This document shows positions 48,263 through 63,123 of a DNA stretch of 64,000 bases, in pieces. The translations under genes and the position numbers were made by a program. The notes below the pieces were generated by a model. That model did not search any database. It saw nothing but the letters and a program-made list of their open reading frames with translations, and had not been told where the DNA came from. Numbering within the stretch: the first letter of the stretch is position 1; each line of letters starts with the position of its first letter. This stretch comes from Octopus bimaculoides (Eukaryota), in the NCBI RefSeq assembly GCF_001194135.2, contig NC_068984.1, positions 38,671,465 through 38,735,464 of the forward strand, in the 5' to 3' direction.

Positions 48263-48475
48263 AGGCGGCGAACTGGTATGATCGTTAGCACGCCGGGCAA
48301 AATGCTACGCAGCATTTCGCTCGTCTTTACGTTCTGAGTTCAAATTCCGCCGAAGGCCGACTTTGCTTTTCATCATTTCGGGGTCAATAAATTAAGTAAC
48401 AGTTGAACATTGAGATCGATGTAATCAACTCACCTCCGAATTTGCTGTCCGTGAGCCAAAATTTGAAACCAATAT
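48263..48475 (+). mobile_element. SINE family A
   Basis: Full-length match to the family A unit. Confidence 0.85.
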
Positions 48476-49376
48476 AACGACCAGAACTTATTTCATCGAA
48501 CAGTACATGACTGAACTTAAAATATTTAATCCAGACGATCGAAAAACGAGTAAACTTTATCCTAATGGGATTTTATTGCAGACGAACGGAATTAATACTA
48601 TTAATCTACCACTTTAGTTTCTATAATTAATTTTGGTCTGGATTATATTGAAATCTTCCCACCTCCATCCTTGCAAGAGAATCAGAAAGGAGAAAACAAG
48701 GTGGTCTGATTATTTTTATAAATATATCATTGAGCATGTATTATTTTTAAGATTACTTTACAGAAAATAACATTAACGTTCAATAAATGTTTCCTGACTT
48801 CCGGAACAAAGGTAGTTGGCTTTTACTGGTAACTCTTTTCTTTATAGCAGAGAATGAAATAAAAAATAGATTCTGAAAGCAATTATATTGCTGTGCCTTT
48901 TTACATTATATGTTGTTTATTTATTTATTTATTTATTTTGTTTCAAGCCTATCAATTGTACTGGGTTCTAAGGAATTAATTATGTGACCTTTTGTTATGT
49001 TAGAATCACGTGCGAATACACACATCCTCCCACGCAAGTACAAAAAATACACTTGCGCACATGAGTATATAGACAACGTGTGTGTCAGTGTGTGTGTGTT
49101 TGTGTGCATGTGTTAGTGTGTGTATGTGTCAGTGTGNNNNNNNNNNNNNNNNNNNNNNNNNNNNNNNNNNNNNNNNNNNNNNNNNNNNNNNNNNNNNNNN
49201 NNNNNNNNNNNNNNNNNNNNNNNNNNNNNNNNNNNNNNNNNNNNNNNNNNNNNNNNNNNNNNNNNNNNNNNNNNNNNNNNNNNNNNNNNNNNNNNNNNNN
49301 NNNNNNNNNNNNNNNNNNNNNNNNNNNNNNNNNNNNNNNNNNNNNNNNNNNNNNNNNNNNNNNNNNNNNNNNNNNN

Positions 49377-49426
<50 letters not shown>

Positions 49427-50162
49427 ATAACTGGGCCGAACCGTTAAAAAAAATAGTGCGAGATGAGAAATGCATTTTAGTAAAAAGCAAAATAATATTT
49501 AATTGTTCCATATTTTTATAAATCTCTGCATTACATTTTGCTTTGCTAATTGTAATTCCAGCTTGACCTTAACCTAGTTATACTTTTGATTGTATCTTGA
49601 TTGTTTGTGTTATTATTGTTTAGTTATATTGTTGAAGAATCACAAAATAATTAAATCTTACATTCATCTCTAACGGCTTTGATTTTATAAAGTTCGTCTG
49701 GGTGGAAACAACTTAATGAAGCCTCTCTCTCTTTCCAAGGAATATAACTTGGAAAGCACTACTAGCTTACGACACACCCGTCAATTACACATAGCTGTTG
49801 CTTACAACAGTGGTCAACAGTACTTTCTTGTGATACTTATTTACAGTTAACTGAAATTAGTAATCAAAAATTTGAGTGATTTGCCCATAAACAACATACA
49901 ATGTCGGGAACGAGATACGCACTGGTGACTCTTCGATTGCTAAATCATTAACCAGCTTTCTTTAATGTGAGGATTTCTTTTGATCAAGCCATTAACTCCT
50001 ACAGTTTAGAAGGAGTTAAGTTGAAGCTGTGAAGTTCATGCCTGTCTGAAGAGCATCGGCGTCATAAATTAAATTAAATGGTTTTACTGGGAGGGGGTGG
50101 AGATCAAAGACTATCGCCAACCTAGTTCTCTAACAAGAACTTACTAGCGACAGCGTTCGATA

Positions 50163-50235
<73 letters not shown>

Positions 50236-51508
50236 TCCCTCTCTCCCTCTCTATCTCTCTGTTTCTCTCGGTCTGTCTCTCTCTCTCTCTTTCTAATATT
50301 AGTAATATGTTATTCCTTTTCAAACAATCTGCAATTATAGGTTTGTGATAAATTGTGGCAGTAATAAATATTCGATGTCAATAGACGTCTTTAGTACCTT
50401 TGGAAATGGTATAAAAGTCACAATTTTCCATTCTCCAAATCATTTTCAGGTTTCTTGCTTTGAAATATTGGATATTTGAAAACGGACGTTCAGACAAACA
50501 GACGATCAAAGAAAGCCTACATTAGAGTGTGCGTGTCTGTGCGCGCGCAACCAGACCATAAATGCATTAGTTGACCTCATTTACAGGCTTGCATCGTCAG
50601 GTACTACCCAACAAACACATCAATATGCAAGGCAGTCGTTATTATTATCATATTACTGTATTGAGAATTCACATAACATTCTGTGTCCAGGCCCAGGCGG
50701 AATTCACTCCTAAATCGATCAGCTTTCCAAATAACGACGTTTAATTTAATTACATTAAATTCATAACAGAAATCGGGACAAACTAATTGAAATTATGCTA
50801 TGTTAAATTGTGTGTGGTGAGATGACCGTTCACTGCCAGTACCGAACAGATGTCGCTGAAATGTTTCAACATTTCAAAACCTGAAAACGGAACTCAAACC
50901 AACTAGCTAGCCAACCAACCGGTTCAAAGACGATTTCCAAGTGTAAATTGTCGGTTCTATAGAATACCATCTTTTGATCCTAAGAATTAAAGCCTCGCTG
51001 TGTGCAATTTCATAAGAGGTCGAACTTTTGCTAATTAGCCAGTCAAAGACTTTATAGGAGATTTCCAAGTATAGATTATCGGTTCTCTCGAAAAATTTTG
51101 TTTGATCCTACGAATTTAAACTTCTTTGGGTAAAAATTTATAAAAGCTGGAGTGTGTATGCTAATTAGATCCTTTCGGAATCGAAAAAAAGCACATTTGA
51201 CTTCCGCTTCGTATCTTACAAGCTCCTTAAAATAATTCCAGAAAATATTATCTCGTCGTATTAAATATTTATTATCTAAGTTCAGTATTTTCAATCCTCA
51301 TTTTACGTTCTGACATCAAATTCCACCGAGGTCGACTTTGCCTTTCATCCTTTCGGGGTCGATAAAACAAGATTCTACGTAATCGATTTAACCCCTCCCC
51401 CAAAATTGCTGGCCTGGCGCCAAAATCTGAAACCAATGTTTTATATCCTCATCAGAATGACTTCGAGGAAGAGCAAGTAATTACTCATCTTGATCTCCAA
51501 CTTTTGAC

Positions 51509-51821
51509 TGGCACTCCGTCGCTAACGATGACAAAGGTTCCAGCGATCCGATCAACAAGACAGCCTGCTCGTGAAATTAACTTTCAAGTGGCTGGGTACT
51601 CCACAGACACGCGTAATCTTAATGTAGATCTCAGTGAGATTCAGCGAGACACAGAATGTAACAATGCTGGCCCTTTTGAAATACAGGTACTGCTTATTTT
51701 TACCAGTTGAGTGGACTGATGTAACATGAAATAAATTTCTTGCTCAAGAGACACAACGCGCTGCGAAGTATCGAGCTCACGACCTTACGATTGTGAGCCT
51801 TACCACTAAGCCACGCACCTT
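51509..51821 (-). mobile_element. SINE family C variant
   Basis: Shares the family C 3' body; has a degenerate tRNA-like head near 51770-51820. Confidence 0.75.
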
Positions 51822-52533
51822 CACTCTCCTACTTCCCTATCCTACTTCGAGGTAAAATAACAAATGCTTGTAACTCCCTTGCGGAATCTAAAATTACTTT
51901 CACAATATTCCTAGACACCCAAAATGTTACTTACTATGGAAGAACATCAAATGCTTAAACTCAAAATTACAGATTTATGAAGCATAGAAAATAACTTGCT
52001 AACCTAACGGGTTAGATACAGCGTCTAGAGCTAGATGACATTTGATTTCTAGAAACTAGTATAAACAAAGACAGCCCCACCCAGGTTTCAACTAAAGTGA
52101 CATTGGAATATTGCATGAGAAACTGATCAACGAACTTTTCAATGTGCTCTGTCATGGGAGAGTTTGTACAAGAGTTCAATAAATCCAGTTGTCGTGAGAA
52201 GTGAAGTATCTAACATTCCACACTACTACCGTTCGTTTGTAAGTGAGGAAGATAGCGAGAAAATTGGGGAGTCACTTTTTAAATGAAGGAGTTGAAGTGG
52301 AGAGAGGCGGTGAAAAGGTGAAAAATTTGGAGTACGATATAGAATCGGTGGAATGGAGACTAAAATTAGAGAGAGAAAGTAGAAGGAGCTAACACCACAG
52401 ACCTTGCAGGAAAGAGATATGGAGTTCAAATCGAGATAGAGAAAACTGAAGCTAAATGGAGTAAGACAAACAACGCACACACTCAGAAGGTCATATCTTA
52501 AAAAAGTATTGTATGTAACTAAAAGCATTCATA

Positions 52534-52900
52534 GGCGCAGGCGTGACTGTGGGGGTAAGAGCTTTGCTTTCCAACCACATTGTTCTGGGTTCAGTTTCGT
52601 TGTGTTGCACCTTGAGCAAGTGTCTTCTGCTAGATCACCGGACCGATTAAAGCATTGTGAGTAGACTTAGTAGACGGAAACTGAAAGAAGCCCGGCGTAT
52701 ATATGTGTGTGTGTGTGTTTTCCCACCACCACCGCTTGATAACTGTTTACGTTCCCGTAACTTAGTGGTTCGGTAAAAGAGACCGATAGAATAGTACCAG
52801 ACTTAAAAAATAAGTACTGAGATCGATTTATTCGACTAAACCCTTCAAGTCGGTACCCCAGCATGGCTGCAGTGCAATGACAGAAACAAGTAAAAGATAG
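52534..52900 (+). mobile_element. SINE family B (full-length)
   Basis: GGCGCAGGCGTGACTGTGGGGGTAAG head, TAGACGGAAACTGAAAGAAGCCCG core, CAGCATGGCTGCAGTGCAATGACAGAAACAAGTAAAAGA tail. Confidence 0.85.
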
Positions 52901-53604
52901 AGCATAAAAAATCTTTAGTTAATACAGGTGTGTAAATCATATATAACATGTTCGTGTACACCCAGACATGGAAAGACATGCACTGAAGAAATAATCTCGA
53001 GAGAAAAATTCTTCCCTTTGAAGACAATACGAGTGAAAAACACCATTGGGCTATAAGTGACGTTATCGGACCGTAGGACGAATGCATTTCTGTGTCTGAT
53101 ACCGAGTCGTCATTCAGAACTAGTTGTTTTTATATCAAAACAGCAGATCGTACAGTTACTGATTAATGCAAAGCTTTGTCGCACTGGAATTAATTAGAGG
53201 CTTACTAAGAAGAGCTGAATGAAATATAGGCGTGTCTAATCATATTTACAGTATTCATGTACACTTGAATATGAAAAGATATACGCTGCATTTATTGTCT
53301 GGAGAGAAAAATTCTCTTTATAGACGATATCTGTTTTTCACACGTGATCGTACACGCCTGTATTTTATTCAATGTTACTTAATGTGCCTCTAATTAATTT
53401 AGTTAACAGTTATGATTATGAATGAGGGGAAAGCCAGAGAGATAGAACGTGAGAGGGAGGTCAGGCGAACAAAAAAGAGAAAATGAAGGATAGGAAAGAA
53501 AAGACAGAGGTAGAGCCAAAGTTTTTTTTTTTTAAAGACGAAGTAGTGGTCACAGGAAGAAAAGGAAAGGTGACAGAGTGACAAAGTGAGCTGGAAATAA
53601 AAAC

Positions 53605-53840
53605 TTGTTGTTGTTGTTGGCACTCCGTCGCTTACGACGTCGAGGGTTCCAGTTGATCCAATCAACGGAACAGCCTGCTCGTGAAATTAACGTGCAAGTG
53701 GCTGAGCACTCCACAGACACGTGCACCCTTAACGTAGTTCTCAGGGACATTCAGCGTGACAAGGCTGGCCCTTTGAAATACAGGCACAACAGAAACAGGA
53801 AGTAAGAGTGAGAGAAAATTGCGGTGAAAAAGTACAGCAG
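53605..53840 (-). mobile_element. SINE family C, 5'-truncated
   Basis: Near-identical to 19924-20165. Confidence 0.9.
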
Positions 53841-55022
53841 AATGGCGATATTATTTGGCCAAAACTACGACCCATACATTCTTAAATACTATCCTTTACA
53901 GACATACTATTGCATAGACGTATGTACGAACACACGTACGAGTAAGTATATGTACTCATGCATATATGCTATAAAGACAGCTGTGTCATTTACACAAATT
54001 ATATCTAGGAAAAATCTTAATAAAAGGAATAGAAGGAAGGCGGACATTGGATGTGAGCTTGAAAAAGAGTAAGATGGAAGACAAAATAGTATGAGGCGTA
54101 TATTGGTACCTCACAGAGAAGAGGTCCAGAGGATAAAAATGTAATGTTCTGCTTTGTCTTTGATGTATCTCGTTTGAACCATAATTTTGAAGAATACAAC
54201 AGACTAAGTAGAGTACCTCGTTCAGTTAAGATGACGAGTTATATGGTGCGTTGTTAGGAACATGGAGATGTTCCCGGAAACGATCACCCAAATAACGTTC
54301 TCTCCCATCTAATTACAATATATTGCAAATTTTCTTATCCTGCAGTTTATAAGATTGAAGCTTAACTCTAACAAACTTGCTTCAAGCAATAAAAAAACTA
54401 AATCCCGCTTATTTGAATTAAGTATTGGTGCGATTGATGCAACAGCTCGCCAATGAATATATTTAAAAATGCAAAAATAATATGGGTATACCATTTGTCA
54501 TCCATTTTCATTCAAGCAAAGATTAAATTTAATCAGAATCTTTAAATAATCAAACTAAAAAACGCAATCCATCTACATTTTAGTTTACGGTGATATATCT
54601 AAATCGGAGATTAAATCATCAGGGTACATTGGAAGGAAACCAATGATTATTTATCTTAAGTAGACAACAGAGGGAGCCACATGAGTATTAATCTATAAGA
54701 AACCCATGATTTTTTTTTTTTTTACCCTTGCATTTTCTCATCAGACTAACTTCGTTGTGCAATCAACATCGTAACTTTTTTAATTGTTTTGTTTTATAAT
54801 AATGTTCTGAAGGACTGGCTAAAAACATTAACTTTTTTATTGTCTTATTTTAACATCCCGCTGCTTGTATGTACGTAACATACTTCTGTATTTACTTTGT
54901 TAATTGTGTGCCGGAATGTATTTTCTTAGAATCAAGAACGCATAACTGCGCAACAATTTTGTAACGTAATATCTTTGATAATTAACTAAAAGTATTTATC
55001 TGTCTGTCTATCGACTAGAATA

Positions 55023-55316
55023 CGGGGTTCTCAGCTGGGGTTATGAGAACCAAGGGCTGCAGATACGGGACTCCATCACAAGTATCATTTTCTGTAAGTA
55101 AATACCAACAATATCCCTTTTGATTTTCTTTCCTGTTTTCTTCCTGGTTATCCTTAGGTAAAGTAAAACCCATAAATATTGGAACTGTATGATACCTGTA
55201 TGATACTTGTATGTAATAGGAGTAGTGATGATGATTTAGACAGTCTGGGGAACGGGGAGACATATTAGAACGACCCGTTGGGGGTCTGGAATCGTAAAAA
55301 GGTCACGAACCTCTGT
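55023..55316. mobile_element. Possible hAT-type MITE
   Basis: Left end ACGGGGTTCTCAGC and right end AAAAAGGTCACGAACCTCTGT resemble CAGGGGTTCTCAA-type TIRs; imperfect. Confidence 0.35.
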
Positions 55317-56225
55317 ACTAAAAGATAAAAATAAAATACCTTTCCATCAGGTCTATTGACTTCAGACAAGACGTATTTCGTAATTTGGTGCTTGATATAT
55401 TTAGAGGAATGGAATTTTGCTAGCAATCGGTTCCATTATCAGTATTGCGTTTGGTCTTCCCTACCAACTCTAAAGCATGTTGTTATTGTTGTTGTATATC
55501 TTATTTATTTTCAGTTAATATATCCAGAAAAATACATTATTCAATGCGTCCTTTAGTTTAAGATGGTCAGGTATTGGGAGAAATTTGGCTGCTGTTTCTA
55601 GTCGGTCGGTCGGTCGGTCTATCATGTACATGCTCCTTCGTGCCTCAATTTAAATGTTTGTTCATATTATTGTTTGATTTTTAGAAATTTCTCATGAATA
55701 ATGGTACAGCTTTCTTAGCTTTATTAGTTCAATGATTACCATGTACTTACATGTGTAGGGTGCAGATGTTGAAATGACAGGATGATTTATATATTAGATT
55801 ATTATCCAATATGTTATGAGTGTAAACCTGCAGCAGATGTTGTGTCCAAGCAGGACACATAATTATACCTACGCCTGTAACATTTATATGAAAAGTAATA
55901 GAAAACCACACCAGTCTACTTTTTCCTAGAAAACCAGGTATTTGCTTATATCAACAGGACTACAAGTTGTTTTCGGCTTCCTGCTATACATACACAATTT
56001 CTTAACTATTACCTCCTCAATTCAAATATTCATGGACTTCGATCCAAACTTGATCCCACTCACCAAATCCTTTTAACAAGCAAACAATGCGTCCTATCTT
56101 TTTCTTTATGACACAAATCTCTGACCCTTTATCTCTATATAACTTGAAAATGAACACTACCTTCACCAGTCGCCATTACAACAAGCTAGAACACTAAATG
56201 TACGGATGTTTGAATACAGGAGGTA

Positions 56226-57380
56226 TAATGGTTTTAAATTTTGGCAAAGGGCCTGCAGTTTTTGAGGGGTGGGTGAAGTCGATTACATTGAACCAGTATT
56301 TGACTGGTACTTATTTTATCGACCCCGAAAGAATGAAAGGCAAAGTCGACATCGGCGTAATTTGAGCTCAGAACGTAAAGACGAACGAAATGGCACTAAT
56401 CATGTTGTCCGGCGTGCTAACAGTTCTGCCAACTCCCTGACTTAGCGGAGCTTAATAATCCTTTCTACAATAGGTACAAGGCCTGAAATTTATGGAAGGG
56501 GGTTAGTCGATTACATCGACTCCAGTGCTCAACTGGTACTTATTTTATCAATCTCTATAAGGTGAAAGGCGAAATCGAACTTGGCGGAAATTGAGCTCAG
56601 AACATAAAGACGGACGAAATGCCGCTAAGCATTTTGCCGGTATGCTAACGATTCTGCCGGCTCGCCGCCTTAGCAGAGGTAACAATAAAAGGTAGACTGG
56701 TGTAGCTTTCCGTTGCTTTTCATATAAACATTACGGCAACGTACTACCATCCGAAAAATTGTGCCCTGAATTTAAGTCGCACTGAAGTCACTTTTGCCTT
56801 TTATCTTACCGAAGTCGATAAAATAAAGTACCTGTCGAGTACGACTAATCTCTTTCTCTTAAAATTGCTGGCCTTCTGCCTAAATCAAAGACCGTTACTC
56901 ATATTAAGGCGGATGGTGAAGAAGACAGATACTTCAGAGCATCATTCTAAACTAAGTTCATTCCCGTCAGTTCAAACTTCGACGACATTCAGTTTCAGTA
57001 CAAATGAGTGTACATTTCCCTTCAAATCTGTGACTTCGTGCCAGTATATATTGTTATTCTAAAGAAGATTATGTATTAATTGTTATGTAATTTCATTTGC
57101 ATTTAAAATTCCGTTATACCTATTAAAATTGTTTTCTGGCATAGGTTCAGGCGACATATATTGAGGAAGGGTACGGAATTAATATACAAGCCAGTGGAGG
57201 CGGCGAGCTGGCAGAATCGTTAGCACGCCGGGCAAAATGCTTAGCGGCATTTCTTCCGTCTTTACTTTCTGAGTTCAAATTCCGCCGAGGTTGACTTTAC
57301 CTTTCATCCTTGCGGCGACCAATAAAACAGGTACCAGTTGAGTATTGGGGGATCGATCTAACGATTTATCTCTCTCCCGA
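56226..57380. mobile_element. Cluster of SINE family A copies
   Basis: Copies at ~56226-56440 (-), 56452-56672 (-), 56730-56890 (+, degenerate) and 57197-57380 (+). Confidence 0.85.
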
Positions 57381-57397
57381 TCTATTATATAAACAAG

Positions 57398-57479
<82 letters not shown>

Positions 57480-60400
57480 TATAAAATAGCGAATTGAAAT
57501 AAATTGAATCAGTATGTTCAATACTGATTCAAGACAAGTCAATACACTGAATTACACTGAAGTAAATTAAATTACATCTTTATGCTTATTCGTTTGCGTT
57601 CACGTGATTGAGTAGGAAATATAATTTTGCTCGTTTTGTCAGTATATTTCCTTGTTAAGAATTCTAATTATTGTTTGACTATTCACAATAACGAATGGTT
57701 GAACATCGACAATAATATGCATATAACAGACCTTGTGTATGTGCACCTGATTAGAAAGTTTATTTTTATTATTCTAGTTTAAACATCTGTTGACATGCAG
57801 GCATGTCTAAAATGGCGGTTATTGGGTGGTGGTTTGGACTGTGGCAGTAATAGTAGTGGTGGTGGCTGTCGTGGTCATATAAGTGACACTAGATGTGTCT
57901 TTTTTTAGTGCTTATTTTCTAATCAGAATGCTGGAAGGGAACCGAATATATGCTAGCGACAAAAATATATTGTAGGGGTCAACAACCACAAGCACGGCTC
58001 AGGATGGACGAGTGCCTGGAACCACATGAATATCATAGATATTTTAGAAGCAAGCAATGCACTCTGTTACTTGGCTCGTCCATTTGTACTTTAATCGCCT
58101 GTGCGTTTACCTACACTTTATTACTATTAGTTTGGTTATTGTATTTTTATTTACTTTTCAGGAATCGCATTTTTATTGTTCTTTCATTTTTTTTAATTTG
58201 AGGTATACGTGTTTTGCAGACAACAATGTCGGCATTTCTCTTATATTTTCTTTGGTCTTGCTCATGTTATTGATGTTTTTTTTTATTGTATTACTGTTGT
58301 CGTTATTCTTATAGTTCTTTTCTGATTTTTTTTGTTTTTCTTTTGCAAATACTGTTGTTGCCTCTCTACTTTTTTTTGCCGCCCACAGCGACGATGGCAA
58401 CTTTTGGCACCATACACTTCGTTGATTTTAGGATTTTTTAAATAAGTCGGAGCTCAGTGTAGCTCTCGTTGACACACAGACATATCTTTCTTACTGGAGG
58501 TGCCGCGTGGAAACAAAAAGTCATTTCTGTCAAAATAAAACTGCATTCACTCACTTCCCATCCAGACATTCTTTCTTTAGTTTACTTAGTTTTTTTTCTT
58601 TTCTATTTCATTTTCTTTCTCTTTGTTCATTCTTTATTTTCTTCAGTCAGTCTTCAGTTATAATAGAATCTTGAAATAGAGTAACATTCTCTTCTGGCTG
58701 CTTTGTTTTACGTGGATTTTTTTTTTTTTTTTTTTGCATGTGCGTGTATAGTAGGTTTTGGTTGGGGTTTTGGGGGGAGGGTGTCTTTTTTTTTACTTAA
58801 TAATCCGGTGCAAATCATTTTACATACTTGTATTTCAGGTTCAGTTGCAAACCTGCATCTCTGTCTCAGTAATGTAAAAGAAAAGCAACACAGAATTGTG
58901 ACTATCTAAATAATGTCAATAAGTGCGACGTCGAAAATATTCACCCAAAGCAGAAATACTTTGTTGAAGAACACAAAAGATACCACTTTTCTACAACGAG
59001 TTTACTTACAACTAAATGAAGAAATAATTTCATGTCTTGAAAATATTCTATCTGAAGCTGGAGATAAATAATTCTTTTGTGTCATAGACATGAAAACTTA
59101 CATATTTCATGTGGGGAGAGTTGAGAGGTTAATGCGTTTCTGTCAGGGCACTGAGTTTATCTCTATTTCTTGATACACTCTCTCATGCATTTTCGAGTGG
59201 TATATTGGTTGACTCATTCGAGCGTCAGACAAAATACTACGCTATATTTAATCTTGATTTTACGTTCTGAGTTCATTTTCCACAGAGCTCAAATTTATAT
59301 TTCATCCTTCCGGAGTTGTTAAAAGTTTAGCGTGTAAGTATAAAGTCTCCCTTGATTTACTACGGAATCTTGCATACCATTATATAACATGCGTTGCGTA
59401 TTCACTCGTGGAAATAATACAAGAAACAGACTTTAAAATAACAGCGAGACTTTATTCCTCTGCTGAATAACACAGTGGACAAAATAAACACATCACGGAT
59501 TGTATAGTTTATCTATCGTTTGGATAATTCAGCTCTGGTCATCGTTGGTTGCGCGTGCTTCTTTATAACAGTAGGAAAATAACATGACTCCCCTTCATGA
59601 AAATCTTTCACCCCTCTGTTATAGATGTTTTGTTAACTTAGCATGTAGATAGAGATAGGCTCCAGAATAGATTCAGGTTAGTCGTTTTAGAATGTATTAC
59701 ACACAATGTGTACTTGACGCGCAGTACTTGAATCAAAGTACAGGATACAAGCAATGTTCCAAACTCAAATGATAGGTCAGACGACCAATCATTACAGATT
59801 AACGTGTGGAGCCTATAAAAGACTAGTCGACTCCAATATGCCATAATAGAAATTGGTCTCGCTACAAAAGTAAAGTATCAATCAAGTACAAGGATCTATA
59901 TAGTCGACTGCCCACCCCTTTAATATGCTGGCCTTGTGCCTAAATTAGAAACTATGAAAGACGGTGAATTATCAAAATCGTGAGAGCGCCAGAAAAGGCC
60001 TTGCGGTAATACTTATTCTGGCACTTTATATTCTGAATTCAAATCTCGCTGAAGATTTGAATTCAGAATTTTTTTTTTTTTTTCGGGGTCTGTAAAATGA
60101 TGTGCTAGTCAAGTACTGGGGTTAAAATTGCTGGTATTGTTCCTAAAATCAAATCATTGTTATTAATATCAGAAGATAAATGGCTATCTCTCAGAACTTT
60201 GTGGCATCACTCACTCGGTCCGGTGAAGTTGCTCCTGAGGCGCTGGAAACTTTACTGAAGAAGTCGGACGTGCTGCTGAAAGACATCCAGTTCAAAGTGG
60301 TATGCAGAAAAGCAGTGTCCGTGTACTCTCAAAACTTCAGGGCCGTAGTGTTTCGATACCTCACGTCAAAATCCAAACAGGAAACATATGAATGGTAACA

Positions 60401-61180
60401 AGATCGGGGATTTACTAGATCTAGTCTGGAGAGACGATGCTATGTCAGCCAAATTTTGTCATTTGGGCAAGAATCCACTCGAAGTATACGGCGTTTGCTA
60501 CAGACTATACGCAAATTATCTAAATTTGAAGGAAAAAATAAGATATTGTATCGCTTACGCTTTCTCCAATAGTATTTGTGGTGCAAGCGTAGTCACATGA
60601 ATTGAAGTATACTAACATAATATTAACAATGTTGAACTAAAACATTATACTTGTGTGTTGTATATATTTTGAGGTTAATAGTTACTGAATAAAATATTTT
60701 ATAGTGGCTGGCAAATTGTTATTCTACGTCATGTTTTCTGAAGTGTCAGATATGAACACTTGGTGAGTTCACGGAAACAACGGAGACGGATTCTGAAATG
60801 TTTGATAACTACTGCATGAAAATGTTAACTTTTTAAGTTCCCATGACCGTATACGAACACTCCCAGATTGATAAGCTCCATGTTACTCATGTTCAACTTG
60901 AAATTCTATAGTTTGACGTATGTAGAGAGGCTTGGGCCAGAAGGAAGATTCAAAGTAATGTAGTACTGGGTAGAAAAGATGAAGAAACTTGTTCAGAGCT
61001 AGATTGGTATGAAATACAGGGGTAATGTCATATGTAAAGGATAGGCAATTGCATTAGATGTGCCTAAATAGAAATGGTACACGACTAAATATTTCAAAAG
61101 AACATAAGCTTTTATAATACGATAGAAGAGGCAGCAAGTTGAAGCACACTTCTGGCAAATAGTAATTGCAATATGTTTGC

Positions 61181-61766
61181 GGGATCTTTGTGGTATCGTT
61201 CACACTGTCCGATTTTGTTCAAATTTTCAACACTACTACAGTTTTGCATGCAAATGGCAAACGACCCATACATTTTTGTATACAAATTAATAATATGAAA
61301 AAGTTATGAATTTTTGAAGTTTGAAATTTTAGCCAGTCAGAAGCCTCCATTATCGAAATACCGGAAGTAGCATTTGTCTGTTTTCATAACAGCATTACCC
61401 GCTTGTCTATTTCCTGTTTTCAATCAGATGTTTGAACCAGTGCAAGCTGTAGGGTTAGGGTTTAGAGTTAGGGTAGGGTTTAGGGCTGAGGTCTAGAATT
61501 AGGATTAAGTTTTAGAGTTGGGTTAGAATGCAGGTACGAAAACTGCAACTCTTGCAAAAACTGTTTGGGTGTATAGAAGAATTTCATCATTGTTAATTTA
61601 TTTTCTTTTTCTCATTTCGGAACTCTATGCTTTTCACAAAATTACAAACAACATATGTAACGTGCATTGGTTTTAAACGGAAATCTAAACTACTTTTTCG
61701 ATCTAAAAAGTTATATGGTATTCATCAGTACATACTAACACGGAGAAGACTATCAGGAAAGATCCC
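61181..61766. mobile_element. Non-autonomous element with GGGATCTTT/AAAGATCCC termini carrying telomere-like repeats
   Basis: 9-bp TIR identical to the termini of 32349-33112; degenerate (TTAGGG)n at 61450-61526. Confidence 0.5.
61450..61526 (+). repeat. Degenerate interstitial (TTAGGG)n
   Basis: TAGGGTTAGGGTTTAGAGTTAGGGTAGGGTTTAGGG...TTGGGTTAG. Confidence 0.8.
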
Positions 61767-62662
61767 ATATATTACTGTTGTTGTTTAAATCCACATCGGT
61801 CCTGATCAATCATGCCTATAATCAAATGGCTTTCCAGCTTGTCTAAACTGTCACTTTTTTCACGCATCGTATATCAGATTAAACTATCTGATTTGTCATT
61901 TTTTAGATAATAATGTACAATTTTATGATAACTTAGCAGTTCGTTTATTAAGTCGAGTGACCATATGCAACTTACTTGATTAATAGGAAGTCCTATCATT
62001 TAAACACAGAAAAATTCTAAATTTTGATGTTCAAACCGTCCTCGAGAGATTTAAAAGAGCATCAACGAGGAATCGATATTGCCTTCTCCACCACAGTAAA
62101 GGTCATACTTAAAGAAAAAATATGAAATGCAAATAAAAAATAAATATCTGAAATGAATTTAACTTCTAACGACTTCAAAGTGAGCTGGTATTTAAAAAAA
62201 AAATGAATATTTTTGCACATATTCTTTTTTAAATGTGAAATGGCTAATACAGTTATATTTGTTTTTCTTAGAAAAAATGTTTAAGAAAAATTTGATCAAT
62301 ATAAACGTTCTTTGAACCAGGAGCAATTTTGTATTTGTTTGACTGTTTTATAAAGTTTTCTTTTCAAGTGAACATGACAGAATTTCATGTTCGTAAAACA
62401 GCATGTTAGAAAAGAAACGTTATCATACTATTTTACTAAGAAAGAAGAGGCTGAAGGAAGAATACAATGGGTTTCCATTCATAATAAAAGAGCAATAACC
62501 AATTCTCTTTCAAAGATATATTTTTTAATTGTGAACATGAACAACTGCATGACTTTCTGCGTATGTGACTGCATGTGTAGTTTTACAAAGGAGAGAAATA
62601 GAACTCAATACATAAAATTAATGCATACATACATACATACATACATGCATACATACATATAA

Positions 62663-62860
62663 TCTTTTACGTATTTTAGTCATTAGACTGCGACCGTGCT
62701 GGGGCACTGCCTTGAAGAATTTTAGTCGAGCTAATTGATCCCATTGTTTTGTTTTGTTTTGTTTTGTTTTTTCACCCTGGTATTTATTCTATAAGTCTCT
62801 TTTGCCGAATTGCTATGTTACGGGGATGCAAACACTACATTTCCGGTTGTCAAGCAGAGG
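62663..62860 (-). mobile_element. SINE family B 3' half
   Basis: Reverse complement of the family B tail (AGTCATTAGACTGCGACCGTGCTGGGGCACTGCC...CTCTTTTGCCGAATTGCTA). Confidence 0.7.
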
Positions 62861-63087
62861 CAGTTATGCGGATAAACAAGTTAGATATATTAAATATAAC
62901 AGTTTGGGTATGGAATACAAAATTTGTACGTATGTATACATGCAACACGAGAGAAAGCAAAAAGTGGAGACTTTCGGACGATGAATATTTAAGTGTACGT
63001 ATATAAATATTTATATTAATAGATCTAAATTACACAGAGTACAAACGACAGAAAAAATTAAAGGAGTGGAATAAAGGTGGTGTAGGT

Positions 63088-63123
63088 CCAACAGCTGTTT
63101 CTGGGGGCTTGGAGATTCATCAT
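63088..63123 (-). ncRNA. Degenerate hammerhead-like relic
   Basis: AUGAUGA...GAA-ACAGCUGU-U: core with C3 lost, perfect palindromic stem III and GUU triplet; stems I and II do not pair. Confidence 0.35.
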
